The notes below the pieces were generated by a model, which did not search any database, was not told the origin of the DNA, and saw only the letters and a program-made list of their open reading frames with translations. Below are positions 1 to 10,919 of a stretch of DNA of 64,000 bases, one piece after another; within the stretch, counting starts at the first letter, position 1; each line of letters begins with the position of its first letter. Position numbers and translations under genes: made by a program. The DNA is from Bryobacteraceae bacterium. Lineage in GTDB: Bacteria > Acidobacteriota > Terriglobia > Bryobacterales > Bryobacteraceae. The stretch is from the NCBI GenBank assembly GCA_963844855.1, contig CAWJQP010000080.1:536562-600561 (forward strand), read 5' to 3'.

Positions 1-142
1 GAATTGTGCGAGGAATTAGGAATCCACATGGAACGGGCAAAGACTGCGGGAACGCACGCCGAGTTCGTCCGAATGATTCGGGATCTGATCCTGAGACCGG
101 CGCAGATTTGCGCAGTCGATTGCTGCCCGCCCCTCCAACGAC

Positions 143-890
143 CTACTGCTTCCATCCGATTAGAACCAGCGATTGTCCAACCGGGAAGTTGAGACCTGAC
201 CGGAGCCAGCGCGCTTCGGTTCGTAGCGCCGAGAGCAACACGCGATTCAGTAGAGGATTGACCGGCGCCACTCCGCTGGCTGGCTCTGGAGCGATTAGTG
301 GTTCCCAGAGGCGAAACTTTGCCAGCGCTACGGGCATCAGTAGCGTATTCGCGTAAGTGCATCGTTGGACGTGGACACCACAGGCTTCGACTGTCCGGAT
401 TAATCGCTCTCGTGTGAACCGCTGCCGCTCATGCGCGAACTGAGAATGGCGGCTGCGCAAGACGTCGAGCGCCGAGACGCGAATGCAAAGCAATCCACCG
501 GGTTCGAGAACCCTGACGATTTCCCGTACCGCTGCGTGCTCCTCTCCTCGTGGGAAGTGCACTATGACGTCCATTGACAGGACCGCATCAAACGTCCGCG
601 TCCCGGAATGGCAGGCGTGCGATATCGGCTTGTGTCAACTGATCGATGCTCATCGATTTGGCGAAGTTGAGACCTTCCCATCCAAGATCGACCGGCGCCA
701 TTGGCCAGCGATATCGTTCGGCGAGGAGTTTTGCGAGATACCCGGTTCCGCAACCAGCCTCGAGAACTCGCTTGAACCTTTGCTCACGCGCTATCGGGTC
801 GAGCAGTTCAAAGAGAATCTGATTCATCCCGCGATACCACCAGAAGTCCTGCTCACTCCGGGCGATGTTCGCGAATTCGGCCGGGTTCAT
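143..890 (-). pseudogene. class I SAM-dependent methyltransferase, split by a frameshift near 575-590 (ORF pieces 588-947 and 143-574)
   Basis: The N-terminal piece has SAM motif I VLEAGCGTGYLAKLL and ends LPFRDADV*. The next frame continues DVIVHFPRGEEH...VLEPGGLL (motif post-I/II). At the junction GCGGACG carries one extra base relative to an uninterrupted frame. Confidence 0.6.
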
Positions 891-1942
891 GGAACGGGAG
901 AGTATCTCAGGCGATGTGGCATGCCGGAATGTTCCGGCATTCTGCATGCGGGATTGCCGTTACTTCTGTCGAGGTAGTGATCCAACTCGGTCTTGAAGTA
1001 TTCGCTAGTGCGCCAGATTCCTTCCTTAAAAGCGACGATCGGCTTCCAACCAAGATCTCTTTGAATTCGCCTGTAATCCGTTCTGTAGCTGCCAATATCG
1101 ATTGGCTTTCGATCCGGTGGAAAAGGAACGAGGGTGGGTTCGGGCAATCCCGACGTCGCCGCTACGACAGCGGCAATCTGCTTCAGGGAAAGGGCTTCCG
1201 ATCCACCTGCGTTATAGCTTCGAGTAGCGGGCTTGTGCGCCAGGCCCGCGATTAAGAACGCTTCTACGGCATCGGTCACATACATCGGATCACGCAACTG
1301 CAACCCGTCGCCAAACACTTCTAGCGGTTGGCCGAGCATCATGCGACGTATATATGTGCTGAGAAATCCCTGGCAAACGACGTCGAGAGCCATTCTCGGA
1401 CCGTATACGTTGGTCAAGCGAATGACGACACCGTCAATGCGTCCAAGCCTGCTCAACATCAGGTGATACATCGTCGCCGCAAGCTTATGCACTCCGTTGA
1501 AGTCGACAGGTTGGAGAGGATGCGCCTCATCGACAGGCAGGTACTTTGGCGCGCCATAGACTTGCCGGGTACCGGCGTAGACGATCCGGACTCCAGGCGC
1601 GGCTTCAGAACATGCAAGAAGAAAGCGCAACTGAGAAATCGTGTTGAGTTGCAAGTCCCGCTCGGGAAACTGCATGCTGTGAATGTGACTGATCTCGCCC
1701 GCGAGATTGAAGATCACGTCCGATCCTGCGATCACATCGGGCGTAACATCTCCGACATCGGCATCGACGATGCGAATACGGTTCCGTACCGGAGCGATGT
1801 TGTACGGATTGCCTCCGCAGCCCGGTATCAAGTTGTCAATGACTGTGACTTGAGCGCCTTCCCGAACCAGCTCGATTACAAGGTTGCTGCCGATAAAGCC
1901 GAGTCCGCCGGTAACGATCGCGCGCTTTCCTTCATACCTCAT
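887..1942 (-). CDS. NAD-dependent epimerase/dehydratase (UDP-glucuronate decarboxylase / dTDP-glucose 4,6-dehydratase-like)
   Basis: 351 aa intact ORF. N-terminal Rossmann motif TGGLGFIGSNLV; extended SDR architecture. Confidence 0.85.
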   Translation of the reverse strand: MRYEGKRAIVTGGLGFIGSNLVIELVREGAQVTVIDNLIPGCGGNPYNIAPVRNRIRIVDADVGDVTPDVIAGSDVIFNLAGEISHIHSMQFPERDLQLNTISQLRFLLACSEAAPGVRIVYAGTRQVYGAPKYLPVDEAHPLQPVDFNGVHKLAATMYHLMLSRLGRIDGVVIRLTNVYGPRMALDVVCQGFLSTYIRRMMLGQPLEVFGDGLQLRDPMYVTDAVEAFLIAGLAHKPATRSYNAGGSEALSLKQIAAVVAATSGLPEPTLVPFPPDRKPIDIGSYRTDYRRIQRDLGWKPIVAFKEGIWRTSEYFKTELDHYLDRSNGNPACRMPEHSGMPHRLRYSPVP

Positions 1943-2700
1943 CCGAGCAGTTCCGTGACTTTCGACTCCAGCGCCGGCACATAAGCCATGCCGTTGCCTC
2001 CATAAATGCTGTTTCCGCGGTCGAAGTTACAGAATCGAGCGCCGGCCTCTTCGAGGATGACCTTCAACGCCGCAAGGTCCCAGGCCTTGGCATGAGCTTC
2101 GAGCCACAAGTCGGCGTGACCCGAGGCGAGCAACATCGCATCCATACACCCGCCGACGCTGCGAACTGCCCAAAATTCGTCCATCCAGGAGAGTAGGGAT
2201 CGGGACCATGGAAACTCGACAACGTTGTTCAAGCCGTTGATGCAAGCCAGTGCGTTCGAAGCGGAATCGATGGCCGATATGGAGATTTTCTTGTCGTTGA
2301 GAAACGCTCCCTCCCCTTTGACGGCGTGATACATCCGATTCTGCGCAGGCATGTGGGTGACACCGACGACTACCTCACCGTCGACCTCAAGACCGATAAG
2401 CACGGCCCAGAAGGGCAATCCGCGCACGAAGTCTCGCGTTCCATCGATGGGATCGAGGATCCACTTGCGACCGTTTCGGCTCTCGCGTTGCGCTCCCTCC
2501 TCGCCGAGTAAACCGTCGTCGGGAAACGCAGCCAATATCTCTGACGCCAGTAACTTTTCGCACTCCCGATCCGCGATTGTTACAGGCGAGAGATCAGGCT
2601 TCGACTCCGGCTTCAACTCTTTGCTCTGATATCCGACGGCCAGGTCGCCCGCGTGCATCGCGGCCGAGCGCGCTACTTGCAATTCCTTCTCCCATTGCAT
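1939..2700 (-). CDS. inositol monophosphatase family protein (SuhB/HisN-like)
   Basis: WILDPIDGT(R)DF metal-binding motif and overall IMPase fold. The likely start is the internal Met MQWEKEL (2700); the ORF track extends to 2760. Confidence 0.8.
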   Translation of the reverse strand: MQWEKELQVARSAAMHAGDLAVGYQSKELKPESKPDLSPVTIADRECEKLLASEILAAFPDDGLLGEEGAQRESRNGRKWILDPIDGTRDFVRGLPFWAVLIGLEVDGEVVVGVTHMPAQNRMYHAVKGEGAFLNDKKISISAIDSASNALACINGLNNVVEFPWSRSLLSWMDEFWAVRSVGGCMDAMLLASGHADLWLEAHAKAWDLAALKVILEEAGARFCNFDRGNSIYGGNGMAYVPALESKVTELLG

Positions 2701-2746
2701 CCGCCTTATTCTAGCTTCTGTGTCGCACGATGTTACATTTGTCGCG

Positions 2747-4546
2747 ATGGCAAAACGCACGCTCTATACGGTCCTGGAGGAGACCGTGGCCCGTTATGGC
2801 GCCGCGCCGGCAATGTATCAGCCAACAGGTCAAAAGGCTGAAGCGAAGCGGTATCAAAGTTTTTCCTGGCTCGACTATCGCGATGCGGCGCAGCAGATTG
2901 CCTGCGGTTTACGGTCTCTCGGCATCGTTAAGGGCGATTTTGTCGCGCTGCATGCGGAACCGAGCGCGTGGTTTTACATAGCCGATCTTGGCGTAGTCGC
3001 GAACGGGTCGATAGCAGCGGCGTTGTATACCAGTTTGCCGCCATCCGATCATGTCCGGACTCTCGCCGCCATTGCTCCCAAGGCGCTGTTTGCGGAAGAC
3101 GCGAAGACGATGCGCTCTCTGCGTTCGGCCGGTATTGAGGCTCCGTTATGGATTCTGCTTACGGGCGAAGCCGATGGCGCGATGGGTCTCGAGAAGCTAC
3201 GCGAACGCGGACGTGCCGCGATGGCGGCTGATCCTGGCGTGTTCGAACGGATTCGCTCCGAAGTTTCGCCTGATGATTATGCAATTCTTTACATGACCTC
3301 GGGCGCAACGGGCGAGCCAAAGATGGGCTTGGTGACTCACTGGGCGGTAGGAGCCAACCTCGATATGGGGCCTCAGGTGCTGCCGCTGGGACCCGAGGAT
3401 TCGACCCTTGTATTTCTTCCGTCGGCGCACATCGCGCAGCGCGTCGTCCTTCAATTCCTGCCTCTGCGATGCGGTACACCCGTGTATTTTTCCGAAGGTC
3501 TAACGAAGTTGCCGAACGAGCTTCGCGCCGTGAAGCCGACCTTTTTCCTTGCTCCTCCTCGGGTGTGGGAGCGCATGTATGCGAGCATTACGACGGAAAT
3601 CAAGAAGCGTCCGGGCATCGTACGGCGGCTATTTTATACGGCGTTGGGGCTTGGTCTGCGCGCAAGCCGGCTACGGCAGGAAGGCCAGCCCGTGCCAGGT
3701 TGGATGCAACGAGCGCTTGCGTTAGCGAATAAAGTCGTCTTCCGAAAAATCCGGGAACGCTTGGGCGGCCGGTTGAAGGTCGCTGCATCGGGCGCCGCTC
3801 CGCTAAGCCGGGATCTTGCGCAGTTTTTTGAAGCGATCGGACTGCCGCTGATTGAGGGCTATGGATTGACCGAGGGAGGCGTGGTTTCTTTGAACCCGAT
3901 CGATGCGCCAAAACCCGGCAGCATTGGCAAGGTTCTACCGGGCGTGCAGGTCAAACTGGCCGAAGATGGGGAACTCCTGGTGCGGAGTGAGTGCCTGTTT
4001 TCAGGTTATTTCAAAGATCCCGAAGCTACTGCCGCGGTGTTGAAAGATGGATGGCTTCACACCGGCGATATCGCGGACATCGATCGCGACGGATTCATTT
4101 ACATCACGGGCCGCAAGAAGGAGTTGATCGTTTCATCGAACGGAAAGAAGATTTATCCGGCGCGTATTGAGAGCCTGTTCAAGATGGAACCGATTGTGAA
4201 TCAAGTGCTGCTGATCGGTGACAAGCAGCCATACGTTACGGCTCTCATTACGGTGAACGTCGCGGCAGCAGAAGGGCTGAAAGGAATGGATGACTTTCGA
4301 GGTCGCGCCCCTGCGGACATTGCGCACGCCTCGCCCGTCGCGGAAGAAATCGACCGCACGGTCAAGCGTGTAAATAAGCAACTGGCTCCGTTCGAGCAGA
4401 TCCGTCGTTTCCGCATTCTCGATCGTGAATTCTCGATTGACCGTGGAGAGATGACCCCAACGATGAAGGTCCGCCGCAAGCAGGTGATCGAGAATTACAA
4501 GCACGTGGTCAGCGAGCTGTACTTGGGGAAGGATGAATTGGGCTGA
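2747..4546 (+). CDS. AMP-dependent synthetase/ligase (long-chain fatty-acid-CoA ligase-like)
   Basis: ~600 aa. AMP-binding box YMTSGATGEPKMG; C-terminal GWLHTGDI...RKKELI motif. The ORF track starts at 2720; the Met at 2747 (MAKRTLYT) is more plausible. Confidence 0.85.
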   Translation: MAKRTLYTVLEETVARYGAAPAMYQPTGQKAEAKRYQSFSWLDYRDAAQQIACGLRSLGIVKGDFVALHAEPSAWFYIADLGVVANGSIAAALYTSLPPSDHVRTLAAIAPKALFAEDAKTMRSLRSAGIEAPLWILLTGEADGAMGLEKLRERGRAAMAADPGVFERIRSEVSPDDYAILYMTSGATGEPKMGLVTHWAVGANLDMGPQVLPLGPEDSTLVFLPSAHIAQRVVLQFLPLRCGTPVYFSEGLTKLPNELRAVKPTFFLAPPRVWERMYASITTEIKKRPGIVRRLFYTALGLGLRASRLRQEGQPVPGWMQRALALANKVVFRKIRERLGGRLKVAASGAAPLSRDLAQFFEAIGLPLIEGYGLTEGGVVSLNPIDAPKPGSIGKVLPGVQVKLAEDGELLVRSECLFSGYFKDPEATAAVLKDGWLHTGDIADIDRDGFIYITGRKKELIVSSNGKKIYPARIESLFKMEPIVNQVLLIGDKQPYVTALITVNVAAAEGLKGMDDFRGRAPADIAHASPVAEEIDRTVKRVNKQLAPFEQIRRFRILDREFSIDRGEMTPTMKVRRKQVIENYKHVVSELYLGKDELG

Positions 4547-4555
4547 ATCTGGGTA

Positions 4556-4813
4556 TCAGGCGGCGAATCGGATTACTTCTAACTCGGCCGACTTGTCCAC
4601 TCCTGAAAGTAGCTCATCCACTCTCGACATGGTTTGCTGCTCCAGTTCCGTGTCACCGCACTGACGGCACTGCAAAACTGGCAGGGACTTCAAAATGACG
4701 ATTGAGAAATCTCCGATTTTGAATGGCAAATCGGTGATACGAGACTCAAGTAACCCGCCACAAACTCGGCATCTCACACTGGTGTCCTCCGGTTTCGAAA
4801 ACTCGTATCCCAC
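4556..4813 (-). CDS. YgiT/MqsA-type zinc-ribbon protein, putative antitoxin
   Basis: 85 aa with CxxC...CxxC (CRVCGG ... CRQCGD), typical of YgiT-type zinc-finger partners of DUF4258. Overlaps the upstream gene by 40 nt. Confidence 0.6.
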   Translation of the reverse strand: MGYEFSKPEDTSVRCRVCGGLLESRITDLPFKIGDFSIVILKSLPVLQCRQCGDTELEQQTMSRVDELLSGVDKSAELEVIRFAA

Positions 4814-5121
4814 TCGTCTGGCTGGGGAATGTACATTGTCACAATTCTAATATTTATACCCTGGACATCCGTTGCAATGTGCGCATGAAGTATCGCCGAT
4901 TGCGCTTCGCCCCTCAGGAGGAAGCTTGGAAGGTACTTGTCATCCGGGTAACTTTCAATAATCTCTAACGACTCCACGCCTTCAAATAGCAACTCAGCCC
5001 GGAGGCGGCGTTGTTGAAGTCGCATTGTGACATGGTATGTCCACCGAACCTTCCCCGATGTCAGGCATTCCTTGATGAAATTCAATGGATTCTCGGGAAC
5101 TATCGCCTGTGGCAAGTCCAA
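4774..5121 (-). CDS. DUF4258 domain protein, putative toxin of a type II TA pair
   Basis: 115 aa. The HVTMRLQQRRL core resembles DUF4258. It is immediately upstream of, and overlapping, the zinc-ribbon gene. Local GC is clearly below the window average. Confidence 0.55.
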   Translation of the reverse strand: MDLPQAIVPENPLNFIKECLTSGKVRWTYHVTMRLQQRRLRAELLFEGVESLEIIESYPDDKYLPSFLLRGEAQSAILHAHIATDVQGINIRIVTMYIPQPDEWDTSFRNRRTPV

Positions 5122-5150
5122 TTATACGTTTGAGATCACGGGATGAGGGA

Positions 5151-5570
5151 CTAGGAGTGAACGCCGATAACTCGCTCTTCTCCCTCGACTGTGATGCGTA
5201 TGTCGATGGTTTCGGCCGTGGGTAGCACCTGTCGATAGGCTTCGCCCCATTCAACCAGCATCACGGCTCCTCGATCGAACATTTCGTCAAGGCCGAGCGA
5301 TGCGACTTGTTCCGGCCTGTCGAGACGATAGAGATCGATGTGATAAACATCGCTTCCGTATTCATGGATCACTGTGTACGTGGGGCTGGAGACATCTTCC
5401 ACCGGCGCCACTCCGAGACCGCTGACGATTCCTTTAGTGAGGGTCGTTTTTCCCGCGCCTAGATTACCGATCAGCAAGATCAGACACGGCCGCGCAAGTT
5501 CAGAAGCGAGGCGTCGTCCCAGTTCAATCGTCTCCTCTTCAGACGATGTTCGATAGATGCGCGCACTCAC
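5151..5570 (-). CDS. tsaE: tRNA threonylcarbamoyladenosine biosynthesis protein TsaE
   Basis: P-loop LLIGNLGAGKTTLTKG and the small YjeE-like size. The start is uncertain: the ORF track extends to 5615 and overlaps nnr. Confidence 0.8.
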   Translation of the reverse strand: MSARIYRTSSEEETIELGRRLASELARPCLILLIGNLGAGKTTLTKGIVSGLGVAPVEDVSSPTYTVIHEYGSDVYHIDLYRLDRPEQVASLGLDEMFDRGAVMLVEWGEAYRQVLPTAETIDIRITVEGEERVIGVHS

Positions 5571-7023
5571 GCATGGCCTCCGGTAGATAGCCCAGGACTT
5601 CCGTTGCGAGTACACATCGCTCCGTTAAATCGCGAGCAGCGCGCTGGCCGGCGAGTCCATGCAAATATACCGACGCGAGCACGGCAGCATTTTGATGCTC
5701 TGGGAATTGACTCAACATTCCGGCCATGATTCCGGTGAGGATGTCACCTGTTCCGCCTTTGGCTAGCGCTGGCGATCCAGTTGGGTTTATCCACGATGAG
5801 CCATCGGGAAACGCAATCACTGTGCGGTATCCCTTTAGCACGACGACCGCTCCCGTGTTGTGTGAGTACTCTTGCGCCGATCCCAGTCGATCGTTCTGGA
5901 TCTGGTCGATGGGCCTATTCAGAAGCCGGGACATTTCACCGGGATGAGGCGTGAGCACTCGAAATCTTCCCTGCGCATCCCAGTCGAATCCAGCCAGCGC
6001 ATTGAGGCCGTCGGCATCGATCACCATCGCCTGCGAGGCATTCTTCACGATGTCGCGAACCAGTGCTATCGCCCAGTCCGCGGTCCCCAAGCCTGGCCCA
6101 AGCGCTAGGACGCGCTTCCGCTGCGTCAAGGGTTCGAGTTGCTGCCAACACTGAGGTAATGATTCAGCCATCAACTCCGGGACAGAAAAGCCGGTGGCAG
6201 AGGAGGCAACAGTCACTAATCCGGCGCCGGCGCGCAACGCGGCCAAGCCGGACATCTCGGCAGCTCCGGTCTTGCCGGGCGCTCCGCCGACAATCAACGC
6301 GTGCCCGTAATCACCTTTGTTCGAGTCACGAGCTCGCGGCTGTAATAGCTGCGCAAAATCTCGTGGCCCGATGGCGTGAAGTTTCACATCGGACATCAGT
6401 TCATCAGGGCTTCCGATGCGCCCCAGAACTACTTCCCCTGACTTGTCGCAATTTGGCGGAAGGACATGACACAGCTTGAGGGCAGTGAAGGTGACACAGG
6501 CGTCTGCTCTGGCTACTTCTCCCTCACTTGTACCGGCATCACTGTTCATGCCGGAAGGGATGTCGACGGCCACGACCTTGGCGTGCGGAAACCCGGTGTT
6601 GATCTCTCGAATCCATTCGAGCGCTTTGCCGCGCGCGGGACCCTTCATTCCGAACCCTAATATTGCGTCGATGACAAGAGTTGCGGCGCGCATTTCCTGA
6701 GTGATCGCATCGAAGATTGGACATCCCGATGCGCGCAGCATCTGCAACGGTCCCGAAGATTCTTCAGGATGCATGACCACGCAATGCAGCGAGGCCACTT
6801 TGAACCGAGTGAACAACTGACGTGCCACGACCATCCCGTCGCCGCCGTTGTTCCCTTTACCGCAAAGCACTACGATCCGCTGCCTCGACAAAATAGGCCA
6901 ACGTTGCGACACATATTCGACCACCCTATGGCCCGCATTCTCCATCAAGATGGGACCGGTGATTCCGAGTTCTTCCGTGCGCCGGTCGACCTCACGCATC
7001 TCGGCTGCTGTCAGTACCTTCAT
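5539..7023 (-). CDS. nnr: bifunctional NAD(P)H-hydrate repair enzyme Nnr (epimerase + ADP-dependent dehydratase)
   Basis: 494 aa. N-terminal YjeF_N motif VVLCGKGNNGGDG; C-terminal carbohydrate-kinase-like domain with GGAPGKTGA...GTGDILTG. Confidence 0.85.
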   Translation of the reverse strand: MKVLTAAEMREVDRRTEELGITGPILMENAGHRVVEYVSQRWPILSRQRIVVLCGKGNNGGDGMVVARQLFTRFKVASLHCVVMHPEESSGPLQMLRASGCPIFDAITQEMRAATLVIDAILGFGMKGPARGKALEWIREINTGFPHAKVVAVDIPSGMNSDAGTSEGEVARADACVTFTALKLCHVLPPNCDKSGEVVLGRIGSPDELMSDVKLHAIGPRDFAQLLQPRARDSNKGDYGHALIVGGAPGKTGAAEMSGLAALRAGAGLVTVASSATGFSVPELMAESLPQCWQQLEPLTQRKRVLALGPGLGTADWAIALVRDIVKNASQAMVIDADGLNALAGFDWDAQGRFRVLTPHPGEMSRLLNRPIDQIQNDRLGSAQEYSHNTGAVVVLKGYRTVIAFPDGSSWINPTGSPALAKGGTGDILTGIMAGMLSQFPEHQNAAVLASVYLHGLAGQRAARDLTERCVLATEVLGYLPEAMRECAHLSNIV

Positions 7024-7036
7024 CGGATGTCCATCT

Positions 7037-8955
7037 TTAGAGTTGGCGAAGTAGTAAAAGGGTCATGTCATCCTGCAGTTCATCGGAACCCGTCCACTCG
7101 CGCACAGCATCGATCACTGAACTTACGATCTCCGCCTCGTCACGGTCGGCATTTCGGAGAAGCAACTCGATCAGCCGCTCTTCGCCAAACATTTCTCCAT
7201 AAGCGTTTTCCGGCTCTGTGATGCCGTCGGTATAGAAAACAAGCAGGTCGTTCGCTTTGAGATTGAGACGGCTGTCGCCATATTTGGCAAATGCAAAGGC
7301 CCCCACTACCATCCCATTCACTTCTAGTGACGAAGCTACGCCTGAACGTATCAGAATGGGCGGCAGATGACCGGCGTTCGTGTACGTCAACGATTGTGTC
7401 GCCTCATCATACATGCCCAAGAAAGAATGTCGCGTACTTCTCGGGAGCAGTGTCGGCATGAAGCTGCTGGTTGAGATGGGAGACGACGCGCGACGTCGAA
7501 ACCGACACTCGGCAACCTTCCTCACCGGCGCCTGCAGCCAGCTCGAGCGAGCCCCGGAGTTGCGCGCGAAACGAAGACTGTACCGTCGCCATCAACAACG
7601 CCGCAGAGATTCCCTTACCCGCAACGTCGCCAATTACGATCGCAACATTCGTATCGTCGATCTGCTGGTAGTCGTAGTAGTCGCCCGAAACCATGCGCGC
7701 CGGGTTGCAGACGGCAGTCAGCCGCAGGCTCTCCACATCCGGAAGTTGTTTCGGGTAGAGCTGGTTCTGCACTTCGCGCGCAATCTCGAGTTCGGTCTGT
7801 AACCGCTCCTGCTCCTTCTCGATCACAAGGAGGCGTTCCACGTTCTCCGTCATCTCATTGAAGGATACGGATAGATCCCCGAGTTGGTCTTTGCCTCCGA
7901 TGGGAATGCGATGTGCAAGGTCGCCCTTCATCACGCGAACCGTTCCTGCATATAGTTCGTGAACGGCTCCCGTAATCGTCCTGGTCAACGATACGCCGAT
8001 GACTAGCGCGATCGCTTCAGCAATCAGAAACAGAATAGCGACACCGAAGAACAGCATCGGAATCGTTTCGTTTGCGAAGTCGACTTTCTGGGTCAACACC
8101 GTACGCAACACGGCCGAGGGCCGGGTGCGCATGTGTAGCCATTGCGTCTCGGTCTTGGCGGGCTCATTCCATGCAATGGTGGGAATCAGAGCGCCCCACC
8201 AGATCGGAAAATCGAATGTATTTACAGCGGGCATGAGGCGATTGCGTGTCGGGGCATTCGCATTAGGCGAGGAAGGATGCAGGAGAGCATGATTTGTTTC
8301 GAGATTGAGGATCGTCGTTTCCCCAATATCGGGTACCAGCGTGCCCACGTAGTCGCGCGTAACAGGAAACATCGCGAAAACGGAGCGATTCTCGATAGTT
8401 GTATGAGCCCAGCCGTAAAGTAGCCCGTCCTTGACGGTAAGGCCGTTACCTTTCGGCCAGTCCGATCGGGGCGAGGCCGCGTCGTCAGGAAAGGCCAGCC
8501 GCCGGTTGTCTTGAATCACCAACTGCAGTCCCGGATAGCGGGCTTGCAGGAACCTCGCGATATTCTCCATCCATGTCTCGCCATGAGTGTCCCGTGCGAG
8601 CAGGTCAATGCTTGCGCGCAAGCGACACTGTCCGCCTTTCGAGTTCCGAGGTGACAAGGTAGATCGAGATTTGTCCTCCGACCAAAGCAACGCCCAGGCC
8701 GGCGAGCAACGTGATCAGAATGATCGGGACAACAGCGATGAAGAAATACGCGACGATCAAACGGTTTCTAAGTCGCCAAAGCATTTGCTTGACGACCGCG
8801 CGGGAGATGCGGATCGCCAACCAGAAACCGAGCACTGCGAGAACAAGCTTTAATACCGCTCTCGAAGGGCCCGTGACGCCGAGCATGGCGAGAGCGGCGT
8901 AGATCGCCAGTACGACGGCAAAGGCAATCTCGAGCCAGCCGATGCGTACGGTCAT
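7037..8955 (-). pseudogene. membrane sensor PP2C-type phosphatase (TM - periplasmic domain - TM - HAMP - SpoIIE/RsbU phosphatase), split into 3 frames
   Basis: ORF 7407-8690 has a TM helix, a HAMP-like linker and PP2C motifs (VSGDYYDY, AIVIGDVAGKGISAAL) and ends ...KYATFFLG. ORF 7037-7525 continues YDEATQSLTYTNAGHLPP...DGITE. ORF 8605-8955 encodes three N-terminal TM helices. Confidence 0.55.
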
Positions 8956-8963
8956 ACCGTTTC

Positions 8964-9761
8964 TTATATCCGAGACTTCGCGATGTGAGGCGTCTCGTCC
9001 TCGGGCTCGGCCAGCGGCGATTCAGGCTGCAGATAAAGGCTCGTCAAGCCCTCCTGGAGGATTGTAAATGCAGTTGCTGGGTCATTGGCGATGAAAAAGA
9101 GTTCGACATCTTCCGGGCTGATCATTCCATGCTTGACTAGCGCGTCGAAGTTGATGATCTCTCGCCAGTACTCAGCGCCGTAAAGAACGAGAATGATATT
9201 GCTTTCTAATTTCTGCGTCTGAGCGAGCGTCAGGATTTCAAAGAACTCGTCGAGAGTTCCGAAGCCGCCCGGAAACACCACCATCGCTTTGGCCGGATAC
9301 GCGAACCAGAACTTCCGCATGAAAAAGTAATGAAATTCGAACGACAGATCCGGTGTGATGTAGGGATTCGGCCACTGCTCAAAAGGCAATCCGATGTTCA
9401 GTCCAATCGATTTGCCGCCCGCATCGGCTGCTCCACGATTCGCCGCTTCCATGATCCCCGGGCCGCCGCCGGTGCAGACAACAAAGCGGCGGGAATCGCT
9501 CGGCAAACTGTCCGACCACTTTGTCACCATCGCGGCGAGCTCGCGCGCCTCGCGATAGTAGCGGCTTAAAGGGCCTTCTTCCGACAGACGAGCCGATCCA
9601 AAGAACACGACCGTATCGTGAATCTTTTCATCACGAAAATGTGACAGCGGATGGAGGTACTCGGACAGAATCCGAATCTCACGCGCATCGGGACTATCGA
9701 GAAACGATTCATCCTTGTAAGCAACCGGGCGCCGCGCGCCAGTGATCGTGGGATCGCTCAT
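8964..9761 (-). CDS. LOG family protein (TIGR00730 Rossmann-fold, cytokinin riboside 5'-monophosphate phosphoribohydrolase-like / PpnN-like)
   Basis: Conserved [18 protein letters not shown] and [12 protein letters not shown] motifs. Confidence 0.75.
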   Translation of the reverse strand: MSDPTITGARRPVAYKDESFLDSPDAREIRILSEYLHPLSHFRDEKIHDTVVFFGSARLSEEGPLSRYYREARELAAMVTKWSDSLPSDSRRFVVCTGGGPGIMEAANRGAADAGGKSIGLNIGLPFEQWPNPYITPDLSFEFHYFFMRKFWFAYPAKAMVVFPGGFGTLDEFFEILTLAQTQKLESNIILVLYGAEYWREIINFDALVKHGMISPEDVELFFIANDPATAFTILQEGLTSLYLQPESPLAEPEDETPHIAKSRI

Positions 9762-10799
9762 GCGGAGGGTTCATTACGGGCCGCGGATTCGAGCTCAGCG
9801 ACGCGCTTTTCCAATTGTCTCATCGACCGCAGGATGTCAGGGAGTTTCTGATAAGCCGTTATCGCGCGAAGCCAGTCTTTGCTGTCGAAAGCAGGGCTGC
9901 CCGAGATTACGGATCCGGCCGCGACGTCGCCGCCGACTCCACTTTGGGCGTACACAATGGAGTTTTCGTGGATCGTCAGGTGCCCAGAGATGCCGACCTG
10001 GCCTGCAAGCAGAACGTTTTTTTCGAGAACGCTGCTGCCCGCAAGACCGGTCTGGGCGCAGATGATGTTGTCTTCTCCTACGATGCAGGCATGGCCGACC
10101 TGCACGAGGCTGTCGATCTTTGCTCCGCGTCTCACTCGCGTCTCTCCCATGGTGGCGCGGTCGATAGAAGTAAGGCTTTGAATCTCAACATCGTCCTCAA
10201 TCACCGAAATGCCCGACTGCACGATTTTCTCGTGCGACCCATCGGCGCGTTTGGCGAATCCATAGCCGTCTCCGCCCACGACAACCCCATTTTGTAGGAT
10301 GACGCGATCGCCAATCCGGCAGAATTCCCTCACCGATGCATGCGCGTGCGCGAGGAAATCGTCTCCGATTTGGGCGCCTTCATAGATCACGACGTTTGGA
10401 TGCAGGATGGCATTACGGCCTAAACTCGCATGGGGTCCTACGTAGGCAAATGGCGCAATCGAAGCGTTTTCGCCGATCGTGGCGGTTGGATGGACGAAAG
10501 CCAGCGGATGGATTCCGGGCTCCGGCTTCGGAGCGGAATAGAACATCGCAAGCGTTCGGGCGAAATCGAGATACGGATTGGAAGAAATGAGGCTGGTTAT
10601 CGGCAAGTCCTTGAAGCGGCTGTGCCACAAAGATCGCCCCTGCTTGCGAATTCTTTACTTTATGCGCATATTTCGGGTTTGCCAGAAACGTGAGTTGCGT
10701 GCGGGTGGCTTGCTCCATGCCCGCGACGCCGGTGATTTCCAGGGAGGCGTCGCCATGGATTTCACATCCCACCGCCGCTGCGATTTCGCTCAGTTTCAT
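9758..10799 (-). pseudogene. lpxD: UDP-3-O-acylglucosamine N-acyltransferase LpxD, frameshift near 10625
   Basis: ORF 9758-10630 has hexapeptide (LbH) repeats and a C-terminal coiled-coil. The LpxD N-terminal domain (MKLSEIAAAVGCEIHGDASLEITGVAGMEQA...FLANPKY) lies in the adjacent frame, ORF 10413-11192. The junction ...AIFVAQ | DLPITSL has one extra nt in CCGCTTCAAG. Confidence 0.75.
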
Positions 10800-10919
10800 G
10801 CCCTTCAGTGTAAGTCGGAGCCATTCCGAGCTTGAGGGCGGGTCGAGGATAACTCTATTGCAGGATGAAAAATTTGTTAATATTGGATCATGGCTACAAC
10901 CGCCTTCCAATCCTAAAGA

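Noticed and set aside
8605-8955. 116-aa triple-TM ORF as an independent small membrane protein gene
   Set aside because: Kept as a possibility. Its end abuts the periplasmic-domain ORF in another frame and supplies the N-terminal anchor that the sensor phosphatase otherwise lacks, so it is treated as part of that gene.
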